Source of the DNA: an uncultured Bacilli bacterium
Lineage (GTDB): Bacteria > Bacillota_I > Bacilli_A > RF39 > UBA660
DNA: 64,000 bases
Assembly (NCBI GenBank): GCA_934119965.1
Contig: CAKOTA010000003.1
Coordinates: 24,488-88,487, forward strand
Reading direction: 5' to 3'
A program made the translations under genes and the position numbers. The notes beneath the pieces are model-generated. The model did no database searches. It had not been told where the DNA came from and worked only from the letters and a program-made list of their open reading frames with translations. Below are positions 50,856 through 59,304 of this stretch, piece by piece. Position 1 is the stretch's first letter; each line of letters starts with the position of its first letter.

Positions 50856-53621
50856 CTATTCTACCACAAATGGATCATTTATTGTTCCAACTCCGCCAAG
50901 TACTTTAATATCTTTTGTTAAATATACTGAAGGATAAATATCTAATTTTGCTGTTTTTTCACTAGCATATAGCATACCATTTTCATTTAAAGATAATACT
51001 TGTTCATCTCTTTTAGAGTTTAAGATATAAGAATTAACAAATGAATTTTCATATACATTTAATAATCCTACTTTAAATGCCCCTTCTTTTTGTTTTATTT
51101 CTTCATAATTATTGTCATATTCTCCAACATACCATTTACCATCAATAATGTATTTTTTATCTAAACTATTATAGAAATTATTATTTAAATATCTTGCTAC
51201 TGAATTATATTCTCTTACATTAAATTCACTGCTAGTATATGAATATGGCATTTTTTTACAAGTATCATTTTCTTTTAAACATTCATTCAATACAACTTTT
51301 ACATATTCATCGGTTTTGTCAACAATTTTCCATAAATGTCCGCTATAAGTAAGATATTTTCCTGTAGCTACACCATATGAACTATCGATTACATATGGGT
51401 CTTCTTTTGTTCCTGTACCACTATATCCTACATCTTTTTTTAGAACTATTGATGGTCTTACTCCTAAGCTATAATCAATACTATTAGAGTTTACACCACC
51501 TTCTTTGAATACATACCATACTGATTTGTCATCTTTTTTATTAATTGTCCACCAGTATTTATTTATATTTAGGTAACCATTATTAGCCCCTGATTTTATG
51601 TATTCATCATATGTTAATAAACCAATGTTTGATTCGATTTTTGTTTTACAAACATCTGAATTTTTATCAATTTTATCAATGCACCAAGTTGATTTTTGAA
51701 GATATTTTTTTGTTTTTGTCAATTTTGGATAGAATTCATTTTCTAGATATGATTTTATATAAGAATCATTATATTCTAAATCATCACCCCAGTTAATTGC
51801 TGTAACAACATCATCAGTTACTAATTTAACTGTTCGATCATTATTAACTTTTACTATCCTCCATAAATATCCTGAATATGAAACATAATTATTTTTAATA
51901 TTTCCCTTTAATGTATAGTCATTATCTTTCATATAAAATTCATCTACTTCATTATCTTCTAATACTTTATGAGCTAAACTATTGTCAGTATAATTTGCTT
52001 TTGGATGTTCAATTTTATAATAATGAACTAATCTATATGTATATATACCAACTAATGATAATAAGAATAATAATGATATTATCATAAAAATATTTTTAAT
52101 TTTATCGTGTTTTATTAATGATACTCCTGTCATTTCTTTTGGTTTTTCCAGGTTCATTAATTCTAACATTGTTGGTACTACATCACATAATCTACCATTA
52201 TTTAATTTTACTTTTTCATCAGTTACTATACAAGGAACTAAGTTTGTTGTATGGCTTGTTACAGGATTATGATCTTTATCCCACATAACATCACAATTAC
52301 CGTGATCGGCTATTATAACTAATGTCCCTCCTATTTCCTCTACTTTTTTATATATTTTTCCAACACATTCATCTAATACTTCAACAGCTTTAACGGCAGC
52401 ATCATAATTACCAGTATGTCCTACCATATCTCCGTTTGCTAAATTCATAATTGTAACATCATAATTATTTACTTCTTCTAAAAATTTATCAGTTACTTCA
52501 TATGCACTCATTTCTGGTTTCAAGTCATATGTTGCAACTTTAGGTGATGGTATAAGTATTTTTTTCATATCGTCGTATTCTACTTCTTTACCACCATCAA
52601 AGAAAAATGTTACATGAGCAAATTTTTCAGTTTCGGCTATTCTTAATTGACTTAAATTATGATTATGTAAATAGTCAACTAGAATGTTTTTCATATCATT
52701 ATCGTGGAAAGCATATGGTGCTTTTACGCTGTTAACTACTGGCATCATTGTTACAACACTTAAGTTTTTGAATTTTTTTAATTCCAATCCTTTTTCGTTG
52801 GCTGCAGTTTGATATTCAAGAGGGTTAGTAATACAAGTTAACATTTCTCTTAAACGATCTTTTCTAAAATTAAATACTATTAATCCATCATTATCTTCTA
52901 ATGTTATTTTGTTTATTATACCTGGTTCTATAAATTCATCAGTAATGTTTTTTTCATAATTACTGTTTATTAATTCCTCTACACTACTATATATTTTGCC
53001 TTCACCGTAAACTATGGTATCATATGATTTTTTTAGTCGATCAAAATTATTGTCACGATCCATTCCATAGTATCTACCACCTATAGTAGCGATTTCACCA
53101 ATTCCTGATTCTTTAATTTTATCTTCTAATTGTTTTATATATTTTAAGGCACTTTTTGGTTCAACATCTCTTCCATCTGTAAATATATGAAAGTAAAGTT
53201 TTTCTATTTTATTTTGCTTTGCCATATCTATTAGCGCAAACAAATGATTAATACTAGAATGTATTCCTCCATCTGATAATAATCCCATTATGTGCAATTT
53301 TGAATTATTTTGTTTAACACGGTTTATGGTTTTTAGTAGTTCTTCATTTTTAAATATTGTTTTATCTTTTATTGATTTATTTATAAATTCCAATGGTTGA
53401 TATGTTAATCTACCTGATCCAATATTCATATGTCCTACTTCACTAGTTCCCATTTGTCCTTTAGGAAGTCCAACAGCTTCGCCACTAGCTTTTAATAATG
53501 AATGTGGATATTTCTTCATAAGTGAGTCTAAATTAGGTTTTTTAGCATTTTTAAAAGCATTTCCGTCTTTATTTTTTCTTATTCCACATCCATCTAATAT
53601 ACATAGTACCATTTTTTTCAT
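50856..53621 (-). CDS. gpmI: 2,3-bisphosphoglycerate-independent phosphoglycerate mutase fused to a TM helix and a ~390-aa extracytoplasmic two-module domain
   Basis: The first ~504 aa are canonical iPGM (LDGCG, SEVGHMNIGSGR, ADHGN) ending ...TGVSLIK (K codon at 52110-52112). The frame then continues HDKIKNIFMIISLLFLLSLVGIYTYRLV (TM at about 52026-52091) and runs to 50856. The start was set at ATG 53621 after AGGTGAT. Confidence 0.75.
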   Translation of the reverse strand: MKKMVLCILDGCGIRKNKDGNAFKNAKKPNLDSLMKKYPHSLLKASGEAVGLPKGQMGTSEVGHMNIGSGRLTYQPLEFINKSIKDKTIFKNEELLKTINRVKQNNSKLHIMGLLSDGGIHSSINHLFALIDMAKQNKIEKLYFHIFTDGRDVEPKSALKYIKQLEDKIKESGIGEIATIGGRYYGMDRDNNFDRLKKSYDTIVYGEGKIYSSVEELINSNYEKNITDEFIEPGIINKITLEDNDGLIVFNFRKDRLREMLTCITNPLEYQTAANEKGLELKKFKNLSVVTMMPVVNSVKAPYAFHDNDMKNILVDYLHNHNLSQLRIAETEKFAHVTFFFDGGKEVEYDDMKKILIPSPKVATYDLKPEMSAYEVTDKFLEEVNNYDVTIMNLANGDMVGHTGNYDAAVKAVEVLDECVGKIYKKVEEIGGTLVIIADHGNCDVMWDKDHNPVTSHTTNLVPCIVTDEKVKLNNGRLCDVVPTMLELMNLEKPKEMTGVSLIKHDKIKNIFMIISLLFLLSLVGIYTYRLVHYYKIEHPKANYTDNSLAHKVLEDNEVDEFYMKDNDYTLKGNIKNNYVSYSGYLWRIVKVNNDRTVKLVTDDVVTAINWGDDLEYNDSYIKSYLENEFYPKLTKTKKYLQKSTWCIDKIDKNSDVCKTKIESNIGLLTYDEYIKSGANNGYLNINKYWWTINKKDDKSVWYVFKEGGVNSNSIDYSLGVRPSIVLKKDVGYSGTGTKEDPYVIDSSYGVATGKYLTYSGHLWKIVDKTDEYVKVVLNECLKENDTCKKMPYSYTSSEFNVREYNSVARYLNNNFYNSLDKKYIIDGKWYVGEYDNNYEEIKQKEGAFKVGLLNVYENSFVNSYILNSKRDEQVLSLNENGMLYASEKTAKLDIYPSVYLTKDIKVLGGVGTINDPFVVE

Positions 53622-53677
53622 ATCATCACCTATTATATATTCTATCACAATTTAATATAGAGATAAAGAAAAAATCA

Positions 53678-53881
53678 CTATCGTGATTTAGTTTTTTCTC
53701 CACTTTTACTTAGTTGTTGTTCTAACCCATTTATAGCGTATAAAGCATAGGCTTTTGCCTTTTCTAAGTCTTCACTACTTTTAGCGTTATCTATCATTGT
53801 TTTCACTTGGTTTAATAGTCCAATTGTATTATCAACTGATCCATTTAAACTATATTTTTCTAGTGCTAAATTATTATCCAT
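53678..53881 (-). CDS. Hypothetical small helical protein
   Basis: A 67-aa ORF with GGAGGG upstream, between spo0A and gpmI. Confidence 0.4.
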   Translation of the reverse strand: MDNNLALEKYSLNGSVDNTIGLLNQVKTMIDNAKSSEDLEKAKAYALYAINGLEQQLSKSGEKTKSR

Positions 53882-53929
53882 ATTAATCCCTCCATATAAA
53901 TTTTAGCACAAAAAAAAAGTAAAATAAAG

Positions 53930-54697
53930 TTACATTCCTATTTTACTTCCTTCTAGTCTTAATTTATCAGCTATTGTAACTATAAATTCTGAATTAGTTG
54001 GTTTTGCTTTGTCAATATCAACACTATGTCCAAATATTTCTTCCATTAAGTCCCAATTACCACGATTCCAACTTACTTCAATTGCGTGTCTGATTGCTCT
54101 TTCAACTCTTGAAGTTGTTGTTTCAAATTTGTTTGCTAACTCAGGATATAGTTCTTTAGTTATACCTCCTATTTTTTGAGGTTTATTATATATTATACTT
54201 ATTCCTTCTCTTATATATTGATAACCTTTTATATGAGATGGAATACCTAATTCGTGAAGAATTTTAGTGATTGATATTTGTAAATTATTGTGTCTAAAAT
54301 CTATATTTTTGCTTGTTTTATTTTCATCAGATGTAATTTCTATAATTCTCTTTTCTAAATCAACTAATTCGAATGGTTTAAGCAAAAAATAACTTACACC
54401 ATATTCTGACACTTTTCTTATTACATCACTAGCGTTGTAACTAGTTGATACAATTACTTTTTTATCAATATTTCTAGCTTTCATTTCTTCTAATACATAC
54501 ATTCCATCTTTATTTGGCATTATTAAGTCTAAAACTATTACATCATACATATCTTGTTTTTCTTCAATTAATTTTATTCCTTCTAAACCATCATGCGCTT
54601 CTAAAACAATACTAACATTACTACTTTTAAAATACTCCTTAATCATTTCAATTAAACTTATATTATCATCAACCATAAGTACACGTATTTTTTCCAT
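53930..54697 (-). CDS. spo0A: Sporulation master regulator Spo0A
   Basis: A receiver domain (VLMVDDN...DLIMPNKDG) and a Spo0A-specific C-terminal domain ([39 protein letters not shown]). Confidence 0.9.
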   Translation of the reverse strand: MEKIRVLMVDDNISLIEMIKEYFKSSNVSIVLEAHDGLEGIKLIEEKQDMYDVIVLDLIMPNKDGMYVLEEMKARNIDKKVIVSTSYNASDVIRKVSEYGVSYFLLKPFELVDLEKRIIEITSDENKTSKNIDFRHNNLQISITKILHELGIPSHIKGYQYIREGISIIYNKPQKIGGITKELYPELANKFETTTSRVERAIRHAIEVSWNRGNWDLMEEIFGHSVDIDKAKPTNSEFIVTIADKLRLEGSKIGM

Positions 54698-54819
54698 ATT
54701 CATTCCCTCTCTATTAGTACTACTTCAACAATAAAATTATACAACATATTACTACAATTATAAAGAATTTAATTTATCTAGTTTTGACGGATTTTGTCGT
54801 TTTTAGTAAAAAAAAGTCG

Positions 54820-55494
54820 TTAGCTATTAACAACTTCTATAATTTTTAAAAACTCTACTACATCAGTTGATGCTTTACCTATTAAAACACCATCTGTTAC
54901 CTTTATTATTTCAGAAATATTACTACTATTAACACTTCCACCATATAAAACTTTTGTGTTTACTATTTCTTTTATTTTACTTATATTGTTTTCTATTTCA
55001 GAAACAGTTGGCACAATATTTGTTCCTATTGCCCATATTGGTTCATAGGCTATTATGACTTCTTCATTTACATCTTTCAAGCATTCATTTATTTGTTTTT
55101 TTAATACTTCAATTGTTTTATTATTTTGTTTTTCTTCTAATGTTTCTCCGATACATAGGATTACTTTTAAATTATTTTTTAAAGCTTCCTTTATTTTATG
55201 ATTAACTACTATATTTGTTTCAATAAAGTTTGTTCTTCTTTCAGAGTGTCCAATTATTGCATATGAAATTCCTAGACTTTTAGCTTGTTTAGCAGTTATT
55301 TCACCTGTACAAGTTTTATCATTTAAATAGATATTTTGAATTCCTACTTCAAACTTTTTATTTAAAAAATAAGGTATAAAAATATTTGATGGACAAATTA
55401 CAACATTTTCTATTTTGTCTATTTGTTTCAAATATATAGCAGTATCATGAGCATCCATATAATTTTTAAGATTACCTACTATTAATTTTTCCAT
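54820..55494 (-). CDS. tpiA: Triosephosphate isomerase
   Basis: 224 aa with GNLKNY, IIGHSERR and AYEPIWAIGT. Its start overlaps the upstream GT4 gene by 13 nt. Confidence 0.85.
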   Translation of the reverse strand: MEKLIVGNLKNYMDAHDTAIYLKQIDKIENVVICPSNIFIPYFLNKKFEVGIQNIYLNDKTCTGEITAKQAKSLGISYAIIGHSERRTNFIETNIVVNHKIKEALKNNLKVILCIGETLEEKQNNKTIEVLKKQINECLKDVNEEVIIAYEPIWAIGTNIVPTVSEIENNISKIKEIVNTKVLYGGSVNSSNISEIIKVTDGVLIGKASTDVVEFLKIIEVVNS

Positions 55495-56696
55495 TTTATT
55501 ACCCCTTTTAGTTTATCAATGAACGATTCATTTTTAGAACCATTTATTGTTATATTATAAACATCTAATATTTTTTCAGCATAGTATTTTAAAGAATGTG
55601 ATTCAGCTGTTACTCTAGCTTGTTTGCACATTACTTTATATTGTTCTTTATTTTTATACAAATTTTCTATTGCGTTTACATATTCTTTATCATTCTTAAA
55701 TACTTTACCATTTAAACCATCAATGACAGCATCTTTAAACGACTCATCATCAGCACATACAACTGGAATAGATGCAGCCATTGCTTCTATAACGGTTAAT
55801 CCTTGAGTTTCAGTTACTGATGCGGTTACAAATATATTAGAAATTGCATAATAGCTTGCAATCTCATAGTGAGGCACAGCTCCAGTAAATATTACTTTAT
55901 CTTCTAAATCTAATTTTTTTACCATTTCTTTAAATTTTTCTAAGTCTGGTCCATTACCTACTATCATAAGTTTGCATTTTTTATTTAATTTGGTATGATT
56001 ATTAATCAAAAATTCGATATTTTTTTCTTCAGCTAATCTTCCAACATAAGTTATTATAAAGTCATCTTTTTTAAATTTTAATTCTTTTTTTAATAATTCT
56101 AATTCTTTTTTATTTTGATTTTCAATATAAAATTTTTCAACATCTATACCAGTTGGTACTATATGAATTGTTTTATTTACTTTATATTTTTCTTTAAATA
56201 AATCATAGGTCTTTTTGCTTGGAACAATTAATTCTTTAGCTGTTTTGTCACAGTAAAATTTGGTAAAATATTCGGCTAATTTTTTACTAGATTTATCAAA
56301 ATAACCTTTGGTAATATAATGAACATAATCTTCATACATTGTATGGTATGTATGAACTAATGGTATATTAAATTGTTTAGCTATTATTCTAGCGAATGTT
56401 CCAACTCCAAATTCAGTATGTGAATGGATTATATCTAAGTTCCATTTTTTAATTTTATTGATTGCTCTTAGTGGATAAATTCCTGTTAACCTATAATCAT
56501 ATATTCCTGTAGGGATTCCTGGAATTCTTATTATATGATCATCATCTTCATATTTGTATGTTAGGTTTTCGGAATTAACTGTTACGATATATACTTCATG
56601 GCCTTTTGCTTTCAAAGCTTTTTCTAAACTTACAATACTTGTTGATACTCCATTTATATATGGAGGATATGTATCGGTAAATATTCCTATTCTCAT
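55482..56696 (-). CDS. GT4-family glycosyltransferase, diacylglycerol glucosyltransferase-like (glycolipid synthase)
   Basis: It begins MRIGIFTDTYPPYINGVSTSI and has the EX7E region ETQGLTVIEAMAASIPVV. Confidence 0.7.
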   Translation of the reverse strand: MRIGIFTDTYPPYINGVSTSIVSLEKALKAKGHEVYIVTVNSENLTYKYEDDDHIIRIPGIPTGIYDYRLTGIYPLRAINKIKKWNLDIIHSHTEFGVGTFARIIAKQFNIPLVHTYHTMYEDYVHYITKGYFDKSSKKLAEYFTKFYCDKTAKELIVPSKKTYDLFKEKYKVNKTIHIVPTGIDVEKFYIENQNKKELELLKKELKFKKDDFIITYVGRLAEEKNIEFLINNHTKLNKKCKLMIVGNGPDLEKFKEMVKKLDLEDKVIFTGAVPHYEIASYYAISNIFVTASVTETQGLTVIEAMAASIPVVCADDESFKDAVIDGLNGKVFKNDKEYVNAIENLYKNKEQYKVMCKQARVTAESHSLKYYAEKILDVYNITINGSKNESFIDKLKGVIKWKN

Positions 56697-57691
56697 TTTT
56701 TAGCCCCTTTTCCGATACTTAGTGTAATTGCTCCTAATATCATTGCGAAATAATAAGTGATAAAGCGCCATAATAACATTATAGCTGTTACTATTTTAGT
56801 ACTATCAAAGTTTGAGAAAAAGGCTACAAATCCATATTCTAGGCCTCCTGTACCACCTGGTATCGGAACAAATGATCCAATTAGCATAACATAGGCTGAT
56901 GTTGCTATTGCTATTAATGGATTAATGTATATACCAACTCCCATAAATAATACAAATGGAATTAGATATAAAGATGTTAATGAAACAAATTGTAAAAATA
57001 TTAGTCCCAAAAATTGGGGTTTGTTTTCAAATATTTTTTTAGCGCCTTCATTAAATTCTTTTATATATTTATCTAAATCTTCTAATGTTTTATCTTTATT
57101 TTTAAATATTTTGAATTTATTTAATATTTTAACTATAAAAGAAAGAATTAATTTACTTATTTTTTTAGTAAATGATAGTAAGAATAATACTACTATTACT
57201 AAAAAATTAATAATAAATCCTAATGTAACTAGTTTTTCCAATAAATTGTTTTTAGGAAACAGGTTCAAAAAATAGTTACTTATAATTGCAATTGTTCCAA
57301 GTAATACTAGTGCAATTTGATATATTATAAATGATTGAACTGACACATTTGTAGCATCTGTTAATTTTATATTGTTCTTTTTTAATGAGTATATTTCGTA
57401 TGGTTGTCCACCTGTTGAAAATGGTGTTATAGCGTGAAAAAAGTTTGTTTCTACAACCATTCTAAATGCATTTCTAAAGCGATATTTTCCGTACTTTTTA
57501 GTTACAATCCACATAGTTATGGCTTTAAAAAACCAATAACTAAATAATAGGAAAAATCCTAACAATAAAAATTTCTTGTCAATATTTAAGATTGTATCTA
57601 TTACAGTAGTATAGTCATCTTTTAGTGAAAAATATAAAACCAATATAGTCACAATTATCAATAAAATTGCGTTTATTATTTTCTTTTTCAT
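56693..57691 (-). CDS. UPF0104 / lysyl-PG-synthase-TM-like flippase-type membrane protein
   Basis: 332 aa with about 8 TM segments and a PIPGGTGGLEYGF motif. ATGA overlaps with the GT4 gene. Confidence 0.6.
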   Translation of the reverse strand: MKKKIINAILLIIVTILVLYFSLKDDYTTVIDTILNIDKKFLLLGFFLLFSYWFFKAITMWIVTKKYGKYRFRNAFRMVVETNFFHAITPFSTGGQPYEIYSLKKNNIKLTDATNVSVQSFIIYQIALVLLGTIAIISNYFLNLFPKNNLLEKLVTLGFIINFLVIVVLFLLSFTKKISKLILSFIVKILNKFKIFKNKDKTLEDLDKYIKEFNEGAKKIFENKPQFLGLIFLQFVSLTSLYLIPFVLFMGVGIYINPLIAIATSAYVMLIGSFVPIPGGTGGLEYGFVAFFSNFDSTKIVTAIMLLWRFITYYFAMILGAITLSIGKGAKK

Positions 57692-57692
57692 T

Positions 57693-58865
57693 TTATCCCT
57701 CGATTACTTCTATCCCTGGTAATTTTTTTCCTTCTAATAATTCTAATGAAGCTCCTCCGCCTGTTGATATATGAGTCATATAGTCTTTATAACCCAAATT
57801 TACAATTGCTGATGCTGTATCGCCTCCACCAATTATTTTTGTTGCGTCTAAATTTTTTAGAATTTCGCAAATTCCAATTGTTCCTTTGTTGAACTCTTCT
57901 TGTTCAAACATTCCAACTGGTCCATTCCAAATAATTGTTTTGCTGTTTTCTAAATATGTTTTAAATAATTTTACTGTATTATATCCAATGTCTAATCCCA
58001 TTTCATTATCTTTTATTTCGTTTATGAAACAAGTTCTTCCTGATTCATTTATATCTATAGCATTAACACTATCAATTGGCAATATTATTTTATCTTTGTA
58101 TTTTTCTAACATTTCTTTACAAAATTCAATTGATTCTTCATCTAATAAGGACTTTCCAATATTAATTCCAGTTGCTTTTAAGAATGTATAAGCCATTCCA
58201 CCACCTATTAAAATATAGTCAGCTACATTTACTAGATTTTTAATTACTCCGATTTTATCTTTTACTTTCGCACCACCTAATATTACTGTTAATGGTCTAT
58301 CTGGATTTGTTAAAACTTTATTAAAGGCATTTAATTCTTTTTCGATTAAAAAACCTATACCACTTGGTAAATTTGAAGCAATTCCTACATTTGATGCATG
58401 AGCTCTATGACTTGTTCCAAATGCATCATTTATATAAATATCTCCTAATGATGCCCAATATTTTCCTAATTCTTGGTCATTACTTGATTCTTTTTTTCCG
58501 TCTAAATCTTCATATCTAGTATTTTGAATTAATAATACTTCACCATTATTCATATTATTAATTCTATCCTCTAATATTTTTCCCCTTGTATGGTTAGAAA
58601 ATAGAACTTTTTTATTTAATAATTCACTTAAACGAATAGCTACAGGATATAGATTATTTTTTTCTAAATCACTTTCTTCTTTTATTCTTCCTAAATGTGA
58701 TAATAGTATTACTTTTGCACCTTTATCTATTGCATAGTTAATTGTTTCTAAACTTTCTTTTATTCGGGTATCATCTGTAATTACTCCATCTTTCATAGGA
58801 ACATTAAAATCGACTCTTATGATTATTTTTTTACTATTTAATTCAAAGTCTCTGATTGTTTTCAT
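57693..58865 (-). CDS. pgk: Phosphoglycerate kinase
   Basis: 390 aa with RVDFNVP, SHLGRP-like and GGGDTA motifs. Confidence 0.95.
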   Translation of the reverse strand: MKTIRDFELNSKKIIIRVDFNVPMKDGVITDDTRIKESLETINYAIDKGAKVILLSHLGRIKEESDLEKNNLYPVAIRLSELLNKKVLFSNHTRGKILEDRINNMNNGEVLLIQNTRYEDLDGKKESSNDQELGKYWASLGDIYINDAFGTSHRAHASNVGIASNLPSGIGFLIEKELNAFNKVLTNPDRPLTVILGGAKVKDKIGVIKNLVNVADYILIGGGMAYTFLKATGINIGKSLLDEESIEFCKEMLEKYKDKIILPIDSVNAIDINESGRTCFINEIKDNEMGLDIGYNTVKLFKTYLENSKTIIWNGPVGMFEQEEFNKGTIGICEILKNLDATKIIGGGDTASAIVNLGYKDYMTHISTGGGASLELLEGKKLPGIEVIEG

Positions 58866-59227
58866 TTTGATTCCACCATTTCGAATTGTAATATATTTTC
58901 TTCATTTTTATAAACTTTAATTTGAATTTTCTTATTTTCTTCATCTTTTACTTTTTTATTATTATTTGGATTAATTAAATCACTTTTTAAATATCCTGAT
59001 TTTAATAATTCATCTATTGTAACATAAGTTGCATCGGTTGTTATAACAATTCCCTCTTCTTGAACATATGCCTCTGTTGCAATATAAACATCATTTAAAA
59101 AATTTTCTTCAGCGTTTGTATCACCTTGTTTAATCATATTAGTTATGTACGGCACTGAAATAAGTAATATAATTGCTGTTATTGTAAATACTGCTAACAA
59201 CTCTATCATTGTAAATCCTTTTTTCAT
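58862..59227 (-). CDS. Prepilin-type (type IV pilin/pseudopilin-like) protein, small
   Basis: It has a class III signal (MKKGFTMIELLAVFTITAIILL). The start was set at ATG 59227 after GGTGA. Its stop overlaps the pgk start (ATGA). Confidence 0.7.
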   Translation of the reverse strand: MKKGFTMIELLAVFTITAIILLISVPYITNMIKQGDTNAEENFLNDVYIATEAYVQEEGIVITTDATYVTIDELLKSGYLKSDLINPNNNKKVKDEENKKIQIKVYKNEENILQFEMVESK

Positions 59228-59304
59228 TATTATCACCATATATAATTTTAACAATTTTTAGTTATTTTAGCAAGGTATATATAAAAGAAAAAGACTATTA
59301 GTCT

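Noticed and set aside
54781-54806. Spo0A '0A boxes' upstream of spo0A (TTTTGACGG / TTTTGTCGT).
   Set aside because: They match only 5 of 7 positions of TGTCGAA. In AT-rich spacer DNA that is too weak to call a binding site, so it is mentioned only as context.
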